From assembly GCA_965238005.1 (NCBI GenBank), contig OZ250165.1, forward strand, positions 4,384,001 through 4,448,000: a stretch of DNA of 64,000 bases. The letters are read 5' to 3'. Within the stretch, counting starts at the first letter, position 1; each line of letters opens with the position of its first letter. The translations under genes were made by a program, and so were the position numbers. The notes under the pieces were generated by a model. It saw only the letters and a list, made by a program, of their open reading frames with translations. It was not told the origin of the DNA and ran no database searches. This DNA comes from Longimicrobiales bacterium (GTDB lineage Bacteria > Gemmatimonadota > Gemmatimonadetes > Longimicrobiales > Gaopeijiaceae). Below, piece by piece: positions 39,640-49,334 of the stretch.

Positions 39640-40532
39640 GACACCACCTCGGACGCGTCACGACCGGTGATGACCTCGAACACGCGCTCGAAGTCCTCCG
39701 AGCTGCGGTACGGGATCTCGATGACCCCCGCGCCCCCGCGCCCCACCCGAACGTGAGCCCGGGTGGCCAGGGCCACGCGGAGCTCCTCCTCCAGCGCCCG
39801 GACGACGGGGTCGCGGGTCGCGCCCGATCGGGGACCCGACTTTTTCTTGGGCGCTCCACTCCGGACACGCCGCTCCACCTCCCGGACCGACCAGCCGGAC
39901 TGGACCGTACGACGGGCGAGCTCGGCCAGCTGCACGGGATCGCTCACGCCCAGGAGAGCCCGGGCGTGACCGGTGGTGAGGTCCCCGCTTTCCACCAGCT
40001 TGCGCACGGAGACAGGGAGCTGCAGCAAGCGCAGCATGTTTGCCACGGTCGAGCGACTCTTGCCCACCGACCGAGCGATGGCCGCGTGGCTCAGCCCATG
40101 CTGGGCCTCCAACGCCTGGTAGCCCTCAGCCTCTTCGATGGGATTCAACGCCTCGCGCTGGAGGTTCTCCACAAGGGCGAGAACCAGGAGAGTGTCGTCA
40201 TCGACCTGGCGAGTCACCGCCGGGACGTCCTCCCATCCGAGCCGCCGTACCGCTCGAAGGCGTCTCTCCCCCACCACCAGCTCGTATCGGTCTCGAGCCC
40301 CAGGGGCGGGGCGGACCAACAGGGGTTGGAGGAGCCCGTTCTCATCGATGGAGCGGGCCAACTCGTCCAGCTCGGAATCGGAGAAGATTCTCCGGGGCTG
40401 CTTGGGGTTCGGAACGATTGCGGCCACGGGCAGGCGGTGGGCTTCGGCGCCTGTGCCGGCAGGGTCCATGTAGTCACCGAGAAGGGCCCCGAGGCCTTTG
40501 CCCAACCGATCCTTCTTCACAGGGGGACTCAC
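39636..40532 (-). CDS. parB: Chromosome partitioning protein ParB
   Basis: LGKGLGALL, QPR, GLLQP, GERR.RA, ENLQRE.L, HTH KSRSTVAN.LR. Confidence 0.95.
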   Translation of the reverse strand: MSPPVKKDRLGKGLGALLGDYMDPAGTGAEAHRLPVAAIVPNPKQPRRIFSDSELDELARSIDENGLLQPLLVRPAPGARDRYELVVGERRLRAVRRLGWEDVPAVTRQVDDDTLLVLALVENLQREALNPIEEAEGYQALEAQHGLSHAAIARSVGKSRSTVANMLRLLQLPVSVRKLVESGDLTTGHARALLGVSDPVQLAELARRTVQSGWSVREVERRVRSGAPKKKSGPRSGATRDPVVRALEEELRVALATRAHVRVGRGGAGVIEIPYRSSEDFERVFEVITGRDASEVVS

Positions 40533-40571
40533 CGGCCTTTGTCCTCCGATCGAGGTACGGCTAACACGACT

Positions 40572-41351
40572 CTACGCCGCTACAGGTCCGCGTCCCATCA
40601 GGAGCTCCTTCGCTAGAGCCAGATAGCTCTGGGCGCCCTGTGAAAGCACGTCGTACTGCACGATGGGCTGACCGAAGGACGGAGCCTCGGCCAGGCGAAC
40701 GTTACGAGGGATCGCCGTGCGGTAGACACGATCCCGGAAGTACTCGCGGGCCTCCGCCGCGACCTGACGAGAAAGATTCAGGCGGCGGTCGAACATGGTG
40801 AGGAGCACCCCCTCGATCTCGAGCCCGGGATTCAGGGCCCGCTGTACGAGTCGCACGGTGTTCAGGAGCTGACTCAGACCCTCCAGAGCGAAGAACTCGC
40901 ACTGTATCGGAATCAACACCGAGTCTGCCGCCGTGAGCGTGTTGAGGGTCAGCAGGCCCAGGGAAGGGGGACAATCCACCAGGATATAGTCGTAATCGGC
41001 CCGTATCGACTCCAGGGCCCGACGGAAAACCGTCTCTCGACTCAGGGCCCCCACGAGCTCGATCTCGGCTCCCACGAGGTCCCGGGTGCTGGGCATGAGG
41101 TCCAGGAACGGGAACTGAAGCGCCTCGATTACGGCTTCCTTCGCCTCCCGCCCCCCTATGAGGACGTCGTAGATCGTGACGAGCTCCGGATGATCCTCGA
41201 TTCCGAGGCCGCTGGTGGCATTCCCCTGGGGATCCATATCGATCACCAGGGTGCGACACTCGGCTACGGCGAGGGAGGCGCCGAGGTTGATGGCGGTCGT
41301 GGTCTTGCCGACCCCACCCTTCTGGTTGGCGATTGCGATGACGCGCGACAT
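40572..41351 (-). CDS. parA: Chromosome partitioning ATPase ParA/Soj
   Basis: NQKGGVGKTTT, DPQGNAT, DCPPSLG, EAPSFG. Confidence 0.95.
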   Translation of the reverse strand: MSRVIAIANQKGGVGKTTTAINLGASLAVAECRTLVIDMDPQGNATSGLGIEDHPELVTIYDVLIGGREAKEAVIEALQFPFLDLMPSTRDLVGAEIELVGALSRETVFRRALESIRADYDYILVDCPPSLGLLTLNTLTAADSVLIPIQCEFFALEGLSQLLNTVRLVQRALNPGLEIEGVLLTMFDRRLNLSRQVAAEAREYFRDRVYRTAIPRNVRLAEAPSFGQPIVQYDVLSQGAQSYLALAKELLMGRGPVAA

Positions 41352-41533
41352 GCATGGACCGTTGGGATGTGAATCCTACGGGCGAGGTTCGTGAATATAC
41401 TCCCAGCGCAACACCCGGTAAAGCGAAGCCCGGCTGTTCCGCCGGCTCCCGCCGGGTGATAGATTCAGGCCCCAAGGCACCCGAAAGAGGAGCCTGCCGG
41501 CTCTGGAGGATCCGCCACAAGGCAGTATCACCC

Positions 41534-41936
41534 ATGACCCGAATCCCTCGCTCCGTCGCCCGATTGTCCGCTCTGACGCTGGCATTTGTCGCCTCAGGCC
41601 GCGGTGGCGACGACGATTCGACGGGTCCCCAGGTCAATCCGGACTTGATGGTGGGGGAGTGGATCGCCGAGTCGATGGTGGTGACGAGCAAGGCGAACCC
41701 CGAAGTCGCACCCGATATCACCGTTTTCGGGGCCACCTTCACCCTCTCCGTGCAGCCCTCCGGGCGCTACCTGGCCATTCTCGCCGGATACGGCCAATCC
41801 TCTAGCGAGTCCGGTGCCCTGACGGTGGAGGGCTAATACGTCATCTTCATGAGGCGGCTCCCCAGCCCCGAGGAGTCGAGAGCCCCCTGGGAGCGGGCGG
41901 GTTCGTCGGTGATCCTCGGGGGCGAAGATAGTTCCC
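41534..41936 (+). pseudogene. Degraded lipoprotein gene
   Basis: Signal peptide ending ASG-R-GGDDD (Arg where a lipobox Cys would be expected); in-frame TAA at 41834-41836 with a plausible continuation. Confidence 0.5.
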
Positions 41937-41971
41937 CGGTAGCTATCGCTCCCATCCAGCCATTCATCCCT

Positions 41972-41987
41972 TGTTTCACGTGAAACG
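41972..41987. promoter_or_regulatory. parS: parS site 1
   Basis: tgtttcacgtgaaacg, 15/16 match to consensus TGTTTCACGTGAAACA. Confidence 0.9.
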
Positions 41988-41999
41988 GACCAGTGTTGG

Positions 42000-42015
42000 T
42001 GTTTCACGTGAAACA
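42000..42015. promoter_or_regulatory. parS: parS site 2
   Basis: Perfect tgtttcacgtgaaaca. Confidence 0.95.
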
Positions 42016-42352
42016 GCTAAGGCAAGGTAATCTTGCGTCGAGCTGCTCTTAGGAGAGGTATACGTATCTTTGGCTATCTAATATACGTACGCAGTTCGCC
42101 CCCTCGCCCTCTGCTTCCTCTCGCCGATGAACGCGGTCCCCTCCTGAGCAAACCTTCGCTGTTCCACAGCTCGAAGGGCTCACCTACTACGTCGCGAATA
42201 CCGAGTTGCTCATGCTGGTCACCAACTTCTTCGCGGATCGGTGATGTTACCGGTGACAAACCCCACGGTTTCTGACGGTTGCTGGCGGTTGTTGGAAATC
42301 CGAAAGCCTAATGTCTAGGCGGGTTTCTGTTGCTAGTGGTTGACCGTCTATT

Positions 42353-42397
42353 GCTTTGCGCAAGCCAGAGGTCGCCGGTTCGATCCCGGCTGGCGCC
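42353..42397 (+). other. 3' half of a tRNA (Ala-like); att-like scar
   Basis: gcaagccagaggtcgccggttcgatcccggctggcgcc gives anticodon 3' stem, variable loop AGGTC and T-arm GCCGG-TTCGATC-CCGGC; no D-arm or 5' acceptor strand upstream. Confidence 0.7.
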
Positions 42398-42579
42398 GCT
42401 GATATAAAGCGTTGTGATATATAGCGTTATGTGATCTGATGCCACCGACGCCAGGCGCAAAGGCAGTGATCCAGGTGAGAATCCGTAGGTGACGATTGGC
42501 CAGGATCATGATTGCGCTCGGGGCTCGTGGACACGGCAGCCCTGATGTCGCTCATGGCCGCCATCGGTTTGGTGCTCCG

Positions 42580-42660
42580 GCCTATGATCTTCGCCTCCGG
42601 AAACGCTTCCCGGACGCGCATCACGACTCCGATGCCGTTCATGTTGGGCATGTAGACGTC
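42580..42660 (-). pseudogene. Response regulator receiver-domain fragment
   Basis: DVYMPNMNGIGVVMRVREAFPEAKII resembles the REC D..MP..G motif. Confidence 0.6.
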
Positions 42661-42835
42661 CCAGATTGCTGACCCGACCCCCCACGCACATCTCCCTCGG
42701 GCCGGTCGCTCCCGGCTTGCTGTCCACCCGTGCTCCGCAAAAACACCTCATCGGCCTTGCCGGGCAGCGATTCCAGGAACGGGCTACCAGGCGCTGAGAT
42801 TCCAGAGGCCAAAGGGGCCTCGGCGAGCTATCCGC

Positions 42836-44737
42836 TCACTTCCCCGCCACCCCCACCATCTGCCCGCGCCTCCAGCGTCGAACCTCGAGGATGAGGTTCT
42901 GGAGGTCTGCCGGTGAGACGCCGGGGATGCGGGCCGCCTGGGCCAGTGAGGCCGGACGGATCTGCGACAGCTTCTCCCTCGCCTCGTGCGACAAGTTCAG
43001 GAAGGCTGTGTACGGAATGTCGTCGGGGAGCTCGAATGTGGCCTGCTCCCTCAGCTTCTCGGCCCTCTCGGCCTCCCGTCGCACATATCCCTCGTACTTG
43101 ACCTCCACCTCGACTGCGGCCACGGCGTCGCCCTCGGCATCCGGATCGAAGGGTGCGCCCCCGACTACGGCGAGCTTCCTCGCTGGCACCTGGGGGCGCT
43201 TGAGCAGCTCCGCGGCTCGCACCGACTGCTGAATCGGAGGCGTGCCACACTCGGCCAAAAGCGGATTCACCGCCGACGGCTTCACTACCGTCTCGACGAA
43301 CCACCTCCGGATGCGCGTCTCCCGTTCCACCCGATCGCTCATGGCGCCCTGCTGATCCCCGGTCAGGAGCCCCGCCTCACGGGCCACGGGACCCAGCCGC
43401 CGCGGCGCGTTGTCCTGACGGAGCATGAGCCTGAACTCGGCCCTGGACGTGAACAGCCGGTAGGGCTCATCGACACCCTTCGTGATCAGGTCGTCGATGA
43501 GAACCCCGATGTACGCCTGGTCCCTCTCCAGGATGAACGGGCTCCTACCGAGAGCGCTCAAGCCGGCGTTGGCTCCGGCGATCAGCCCCTGACCGGCCGC
43601 CTCCTCGTAGCCGGTGGTTCCGTTGATCTGTCCGGCGAAGTAGAGTCCGGGGATCGCCCTCACCTCCAGCGTGTGCCTGAGCTGGTGGGGCGGGAAGTAG
43701 TCGTACTCGATGGCGTACCCGACCTTGGTGACCTGGACGCGCTCGAGCCCGGGGACGGTCCGGAGGAAGTCGATCTGCACCTGTGGAGGCAGAGACGTGG
43801 ACAGCCCGTTCACGTACAGCTCCGTCGTCTCCAGTCCCTCGGGCTCCAGGAACACCTGGTGGCGAGGCGCGTCCGGGAAGCGCACGATCTTGTCCTCTAT
43901 AGAGGGACAATACCGGGGCCCCCGTCCGGAAATCTCGCCCCCGAAGAGCGCGCTACGGTCGAGGTTGTCCTCTACAACACGGCGGAGGTCCTCTCCCGTC
44001 CACGTGATCCAGCAAGGACGCTGCTCGGGCACGCGCTCCTCGGTGTATGCGGAGAAACGGAAGTCCTCCGGATCGCCGTCCTGCCTCTCGGTCCGCGAAT
44101 AGTCCACGGTCCGGCCGTCGATGCGGGGCGGCGTCCCGGTCTTGAAGCGGGCGATCTCGAGACCACGGGCCTCCAGCTCCTCGGCCAACGCCACCGACGG
44201 AGCCTCGCCGGCACGACCCGCCCCCACCCCGGCCTCGCCTCCGATGTGGATCCTCCCCCGCAGGAAGGTCCCGGCCGTCACCACGACGGTCTCGCCGCGG
44301 AACTCCAGGCTCCCACGCGCCCGGACGCCCACGGCTCGGCCCCCCTCCATCACCAGCCCGGTCACCATCTCCTGGAAGAGGGCCAGGTTGGGGAGCTCAT
44401 CCAGCGCCCGTCGAACCGCGCGGGGATACAGGCCACGGTCGCACTGGGCCCGGGGACTCCAGACGGCAGGCCCCTTGGAGCGATTGAGCATGCGGAACTG
44501 AATGCGGGAAGCGTCGGTCGCGCGCCCCATGATGCCCCCAAGGGCGTCCACCTCGCGCACCACCACCCCCTTGGCCACCCCACCGATGGCGGGATTGCAG
44601 CTCATCTGCCCGACCCTGGACAGGTCGGGTGTGATCAGGAGGGTCCGCGCACCGACCCGGGCCGCAGCAGCGGCCGCTTCGGAGCCCGCGTGGCCTCCTC
44701 CCACGACGATGACGTCGTAGCGCTCGACGAGCATCAC
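42836..44737 (-). CDS. mnmG: tRNA uridine-5-carboxymethylaminomethyl modification enzyme
   Basis: GGGHAGSEAA, MSCNPAIGG, GPRYCPSIEDK, GQINGTTGYEEA. Confidence 0.97.
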   Translation of the reverse strand: MMLVERYDVIVVGGGHAGSEAAAAAARVGARTLLITPDLSRVGQMSCNPAIGGVAKGVVVREVDALGGIMGRATDASRIQFRMLNRSKGPAVWSPRAQCDRGLYPRAVRRALDELPNLALFQEMVTGLVMEGGRAVGVRARGSLEFRGETVVVTAGTFLRGRIHIGGEAGVGAGRAGEAPSVALAEELEARGLEIARFKTGTPPRIDGRTVDYSRTERQDGDPEDFRFSAYTEERVPEQRPCWITWTGEDLRRVVEDNLDRSALFGGEISGRGPRYCPSIEDKIVRFPDAPRHQVFLEPEGLETTELYVNGLSTSLPPQVQIDFLRTVPGLERVQVTKVGYAIEYDYFPPHQLRHTLEVRAIPGLYFAGQINGTTGYEEAAGQGLIAGANAGLSALGRSPFILERDQAYIGVLIDDLITKGVDEPYRLFTSRAEFRLMLRQDNAPRRLGPVAREAGLLTGDQQGAMSDRVERETRIRRWFVETVVKPSAVNPLLAECGTPPIQQSVRAAELLKRPQVPARKLAVVGGAPFDPDAEGDAVAAVEVEVKYEGYVRREAERAEKLREQATFELPDDIPYTAFLNLSHEAREKLSQIRPASLAQAARIPGVSPADLQNLILEVRRWRRGQMVGVAGK

Positions 44738-45039
44738 ATGATCCCGAACTCGCAGATGATCTCGAACTGGCCCGGGAGGGACCGCTCCGACGGGAACCGC
44801 TCCACGCCGTCCACCCTCGCCCCCGGCGGTCCCTCGGCCAGGTGGGCCGCGAAAAGCCCCACGGACTCCTCGTCACCGCCGGCGTGCACCTCTACGCTCC
44901 CGTCCATGTGATTCAGGACCACGCCCCGAAGCCCGAGGCTGGCCGCCGTCCGGCGGGCCCACCACCGGAAGCCGACGCCCTGGACCCGGCCCTTGACCCG
45001 GAATCCCACCTGAAGCGCCGTGTGCTCGTCCGTCATCAC
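44734..45039 (-). CDS. acyP: Acylphosphatase
   Basis: GRVQGVGFR, N..DGSVEV. Confidence 0.9.
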   Translation of the reverse strand: MMTDEHTALQVGFRVKGRVQGVGFRWWARRTAASLGLRGVVLNHMDGSVEVHAGGDEESVGLFAAHLAEGPPGARVDGVERFPSERSLPGQFEIICEFGIM

Positions 45040-46553
45040 TTGCCGATGCAGAAGTCGCGAAAGACCCGGTCTAGAACCTCGTCGGTGGATATCACTCCCA
45101 GCAACTCTTCCAGTGCCGTCTCGGCCGGTCGCAGGTGCGTCGAAGCCATCTCCACCGGCACCTCCCCCTCCAGCGCCGCGATGAACTCCGCCACGTGATC
45201 CCGGGCCGTGCGCACCCCCTCGCTGTGTCGGGCCCGGGTCAGCGCCGGCACGGACACGCCCGTACGAACGAAGCCACGGTACACGAAGGAGGGCAGAAGT
45301 TCCTGTAGACGTGCGATACCGGTGCCATCCACCACCGAGACCTCGAGGACCTCACGACCCTCCGATCCCCCGCCCTCGGACCCGTCGCCGCCGGACCCCT
45401 CGCTCGAAGACTCCTTCCGGGAGGGATCGATCTCAGACTCCGTCTCGGACGCGGACGCCTCCGCCGGGTGCTCCGTCGAGGGGTCGACCGGCACCAGATC
45501 CGCCGTCGCTTGCAGATCCACCTTCGTTCGGAGGATGACCACCGGCACCTCCCCCAGCTCCTCCAGGAACCGTCGCTCGTCCTCCAGCGGCTCCCTGCCG
45601 CTCTCCACGCAGAAGAGCACCAGGTCCGCGCTGTCCAGGTATTTCTGCGCCACCTCGATGCCCAGGCGCTCCACGGTCTCTTCCGTGTCGCGAATGCCGG
45701 CCGTATCCACGAGCCTGAAGGGAAAGCCGCCTAGCGACACCACGGCCTCCAGCGCGTCACGGGTCGTTCCGGGGATCTCGGTGACGATGGCCCGCTCCTG
45801 GCCCAGGAGCGCGTTGAAGAGGCTCGACTTGCCCGAGTTGGGAAGTCCCGCCAGAACCGTGAGGGCCCCCTCACGGAGAAGCTCCCCCTCGGGGGCCGTG
45901 CTCAGGAGCTCGTCTAGGGCATCGAGCAGGGCCCTCCCCTCTTCCACGACGCGCTCCACCGGAACCGGCGCCTCGTCCTCCTCGGGGAAGTCGATGTGAT
46001 GCACCAGGAGGACCTCCACGGTGACGAGTCGCTGCCGGAGCGCGCCGATCCGCCGGCTGAGGCCCCGCTCCAGCTGGAACAGGGCGCTGTCGTGCAGCGC
46101 CCGGCTGCGCCCCTCCACCAGGTCCAGCACCGCCTCGGCCTGCACCAGGTCCATCTTGCCATGCAGGACCGCTCTCCGCGTGAACTCCCCGGGCTCGGCG
46201 AGACGGGCGCCGGCCGCCTGGCACGCCTCCAGTACCAGAGCGGGCACCAGCCATCCCCCATGACTCGAGATCTCCACCACGTCCTCGCCGGTGTAGCTGT
46301 CGGGCCCGGGGAAGGTGGTGACCAGAGCGCGATCCAGAAGTTCACCCGTCTTCGGATCGCTGACCGATACGAGACGGGGCGAGCGGCTTGGGACGTCGTC
46401 GGGGTGATGGGGCGTGAGGGCCCGGAGAATCTCGAAGGCCCGGCCGCCGGAGAGCCGAACCATGGCAACGGCGCCCACGCCCTGGGCCGTCGCCACCGCT
46501 GCGATGGTATCCACCGCAGGCCCGCTCGGCCGGCCGGAGACCTCCTCAGTCAC
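45036..46553 (-). CDS. mnmE: tRNA modification GTPase
   Basis: DTIAA.AT, SYTGED, GEFTRRA, GLPNSGKSS, GTTRD, DTAG, FCIGK. Confidence 0.96.
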   Translation of the reverse strand: MTEEVSGRPSGPAVDTIAAVATAQGVGAVAMVRLSGGRAFEILRALTPHHPDDVPSRSPRLVSVSDPKTGELLDRALVTTFPGPDSYTGEDVVEISSHGGWLVPALVLEACQAAGARLAEPGEFTRRAVLHGKMDLVQAEAVLDLVEGRSRALHDSALFQLERGLSRRIGALRQRLVTVEVLLVHHIDFPEEDEAPVPVERVVEEGRALLDALDELLSTAPEGELLREGALTVLAGLPNSGKSSLFNALLGQERAIVTEIPGTTRDALEAVVSLGGFPFRLVDTAGIRDTEETVERLGIEVAQKYLDSADLVLFCVESGREPLEDERRFLEELGEVPVVILRTKVDLQATADLVPVDPSTEHPAEASASETESEIDPSRKESSSEGSGGDGSEGGGSEGREVLEVSVVDGTGIARLQELLPSFVYRGFVRTGVSVPALTRARHSEGVRTARDHVAEFIAALEGEVPVEMASTHLRPAETALEELLGVISTDEVLDRVFRDFCIGK

Positions 46554-48306
46554 CGCTGGTGGCGGGCCTCAAGGGTCCCTGAGCCTTGAGCTTCTGACGC
46601 TCCTTGGCGATCCAGTACTGCTGGGGCAGCGTGGCCAGGTTCGCCGTCGCGTAATAGAGGTTCAGCCCCGACGCGAAGTTCATGAAGATGAAGGTCATCA
46701 TGATGGGCATCATCCACAGCATCATCTTCATCTGGGGATTCGGCTCCGGCATCGACCGCATCGAGATCCACTGCATGAGGAACATGGATACGCCCAGGAG
46801 CACCGGCAGAACGTAGATCGGATCGGCCGCCGCGAGGTTGGGGAGCCAGAGGAAGCTCTCACCCCTGAGCTGAATCGTGTTTTGGAAGACGAAGAAGAGC
46901 GTGATGAGTACCGGCCAAGGGAGCAGCATGGGAAGGCACCCGGCGACCGGGTTGAAGCCGTGGTCCTTGTACAGCTTCATCATCTCCTTCTGGAGCTTCT
47001 CGGGTTGGTCCTTGTACTTCTTCTGGATCTCCTGGAGAAGCGGCTGGACGGCCATGTTCCGCATCTGCGCCCGCATGGCCTTCTGGTTCAGCGGAAAGAG
47101 CAGGACCCGCATCATCACACCGAAGATGATGAGCACCCAGCCGTAGCCGACGTTCAGGTTGCTGTGCAGGAAGTTCAGGATCGCCATCACGATCGCGACG
47201 ACGGGGCGGACCACGACCCGCATCCAGCGATACCCGTAGGGGTTCGCTTCCTCCAGCTCGTTTCCGTAGGCCGTGAGGAGATCCCGCTCCTGGGGCCCCA
47301 GGAACAGCCGATAGCTCACCGTTCCGCTGTTCCCGAGAGGCTGGGTCACGGCCACCTCGGCCTGGTCGTCTCCGGGCGCCGGGCCGGCGATGAGGCCACC
47401 GAGGTACTGCTCGTCACCTCCCACGCCGGGCAGGATCGCGAACAGGAAGTACTTGCTCTTGAGGGCGGACCAGATGAGCGGTCCCTGGACGACCCGATCC
47501 TCATCCACCTTCCGCATGGGCTCGGCTTGAATGCCTTCCCGGAGGTGGTTCGTCACATAGCCCATCACCCGCGACTCTTCGGCCTGCCGCGCTTCGTTGT
47601 ACGCCAGGCCCGTTCCCATGTCCGTCACCAGAAGCGCCCGATCCACGCCGGTGAGGCCGGTCGTCACCCCGACTTCGTAGGACAACGGATCGAAGGTGTA
47701 GGTCGTCTCGAATGTGAGTGCGCCCGAGGGATGCCTGTAGGTGAAGGTCAGGGCCTGGGGCCCGTCGCCCTCCATCAAGCGTATCCCCTCCCGGGGAACG
47801 ACCTCGAAGGGGAGATTGCTGAGGTCGAGGCTACCTCGGTCGGTCCGGACCTCGGCGCCCAGGGCACCGAGGCCGCCCTCGGGGAAGAACTCCACCGGAC
47901 CGTCGCGGGCGAACGACTGAAACTGGATCAGCTGGGCGGAGGTCAGTCGAGCGCCGTAATTGCTGAATGCGAACCGGTAGAGGGGACTCTCCACGACGAT
48001 GGTCTCGAGCGGGACGCGGCTGGGCTGCTCCCCCGGCTCGGGCCCCGCTTCGGTCACTACCCGTTCTGTCGCCGGCGGCTGCCGCAGGTCCCCGAGGATG
48101 GCCGGCACGGTCTCGGTAGGCACCTCTCCGGGCGCTGCGAGCCCAGGCTCTCCGACGGTCTCGCCGGGGCCCTGGACGGAGGTCACCGAGTCCGCAGCGG
48201 ACGGAGCGAGCTCCTCGGGCGGGATGGGCGGAAAGAGCATGTTCGTCGTCACCAGGACGAGGATCATCAGCGTGATCGCCAGGAGGAACCGGGCTTGCTG
48301 ATTCAT
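46546..48306 (-). CDS. yidC: Membrane protein insertase
   Basis: GYGW..I, LFPL, NPVAGCLP, FLWLP.L...DP, GLNLYY; position in the rpmH operon. Confidence 0.94.
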   Translation of the reverse strand: MNQQARFLLAITLMILVLVTTNMLFPPIPPEELAPSAADSVTSVQGPGETVGEPGLAAPGEVPTETVPAILGDLRQPPATERVVTEAGPEPGEQPSRVPLETIVVESPLYRFAFSNYGARLTSAQLIQFQSFARDGPVEFFPEGGLGALGAEVRTDRGSLDLSNLPFEVVPREGIRLMEGDGPQALTFTYRHPSGALTFETTYTFDPLSYEVGVTTGLTGVDRALLVTDMGTGLAYNEARQAEESRVMGYVTNHLREGIQAEPMRKVDEDRVVQGPLIWSALKSKYFLFAILPGVGGDEQYLGGLIAGPAPGDDQAEVAVTQPLGNSGTVSYRLFLGPQERDLLTAYGNELEEANPYGYRWMRVVVRPVVAIVMAILNFLHSNLNVGYGWVLIIFGVMMRVLLFPLNQKAMRAQMRNMAVQPLLQEIQKKYKDQPEKLQKEMMKLYKDHGFNPVAGCLPMLLPWPVLITLFFVFQNTIQLRGESFLWLPNLAAADPIYVLPVLLGVSMFLMQWISMRSMPEPNPQMKMMLWMMPIMMTFIFMNFASGLNLYYATANLATLPQQYWIAKERQKLKAQGPLRPATSGD

Positions 48307-48549
48307 CTATCCTTCACTTCCACGTCGATTCGAGTGGGCGACCTCGAGGTCTTCCGGCACCGGGTCGTGGCCCCGCCCTCCGAACGGCCGGCAGCGCAGA
48401 ATGCGCTTGAGGGCGAGCCAGCTCCCACGGGCGCCGTAATGCTCCACGGCCACCGCCGCGTACTCCGAGCATGTGGGTGAGAACCGGCAAGAGGAACGGG
48501 TATACGGCGAGATCCCCCGCTGATAGAACCGGATCACTCTGAGGATCAT
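48307..48549 (-). CDS. yidD: Membrane protein insertion efficiency factor
   Basis: [29 protein letters not shown]. Confidence 0.92.
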   Translation of the reverse strand: MILRVIRFYQRGISPYTRSSCRFSPTCSEYAAVAVEHYGARGSWLALKRILRCRPFGGRGHDPVPEDLEVAHSNRRGSEG

Positions 48550-48950
48550 TCGCCCAAGCACAAGTCCTCCGTCACCGCCTGAAGCTCTGCCCTCAGAGTA
48601 CGGAAACCGGCAGTGTATGCTTCTCTCCGGGCCCTTACCAGCACGTCCAACCCCAACCCTTCCTCCCTGAGCCGCGGGAGCACTTGAGTTCGCCCGATCT
48701 CCCGCAGTCGTCGCTTCACGCGGTTCCGCTGGACAATCGAGTGCCTGTGTTTGGGAACGATGATTCCCCACCGGCTTCTGGAAGCGGGTGAAGACAAAAA
48801 GAAGACGTCCAAATTGGGCGTCTTCTTCCGCGTGCCCCGCCGGAGGAGCGATCGAATGTCTCGAGTCTGGCTGATTCGTACCGAGCGTGGAAAACGGACC
48901 TCACCGGTCCTGCTCGGACCCGGCCCGGCCGCCGAGCGGGCCGCGTTCAT
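48546..48950 (-). CDS. rnpA: Ribonuclease P protein component
   Basis: [19 protein letters not shown] (RNR motif). Confidence 0.9.
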   Translation of the reverse strand: MNAARSAAGPGPSRTGEVRFPRSVRISQTRDIRSLLRRGTRKKTPNLDVFFLSSPASRSRWGIIVPKHRHSIVQRNRVKRRLREIGRTQVLPRLREEGLGLDVLVRARREAYTAGFRTLRAELQAVTEDLCLGE

Positions 48951-48954
48951 GCGA

Positions 48955-49104
48955 TTACTTCGAGCCGATCTTCACCACCAGGCGAGCGCGTCCCCGCGCC
49001 CGTCGCCGCGCCAGCGTCCTCCGCCCCCCGCGAGTCTTCATCCGCTCACGATAGCCGTGCTTGTTCACGCGCTTCCGATTGCGAGGCCTATATGTGGGCT
49101 TCAT
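48955..49104 (-). CDS. rpmH: 50S ribosomal protein L34
   Basis: MKPTYRP.NRKR..KHG.R.RM.T.GGR..L.RRR..GR. Confidence 0.95.
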   Translation of the reverse strand: MKPTYRPRNRKRVNKHGYRERMKTRGGRRTLARRRARGRARLVVKIGSK

Positions 49105-49169
49105 AGCCTTGGAGCCTTCTTTCGTCGTCCCAGGACCCGCGCCGCGGGCCGCCAAAAAATAGGCACGGA

Positions 49170-49199
49170 AAGATATCCGAGAGCGTGAACCAAGGTCAA
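49170..49199 (-). promoter_or_regulatory. Putative sigma-70 promoter of rpmH
   Basis: TTGACC-18 bp-TATCTT on the minus strand. Confidence 0.55.
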
Positions 49200-49247
49200 G
49201 CCCGACCTGGCTAACAGCGCCGAAACTCCTTGACCCGAGCCGCCGAA

Positions 49248-49276
49248 TTGACTTTTCCACATCAGAATTCTAGCGT
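49248..49276 (+). promoter_or_regulatory. Putative dnaA promoter with embedded DnaA box
   Basis: TTGACT-17 bp-TAGCGT; ttttccaca at 49253-49261 overlaps the spacer. Confidence 0.55.
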
Positions 49277-49334
49277 GCTTGACCGCCAACTCTCCGCTAG
49301 ATTTCGCGATTGTCCAGACATTCCAACGGAGCGC

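Noticed and set aside
42340..42410. Intact tRNA gene
   Set aside because: Only the 3' half folds; there is no D-arm, 5' acceptor strand or CCA.
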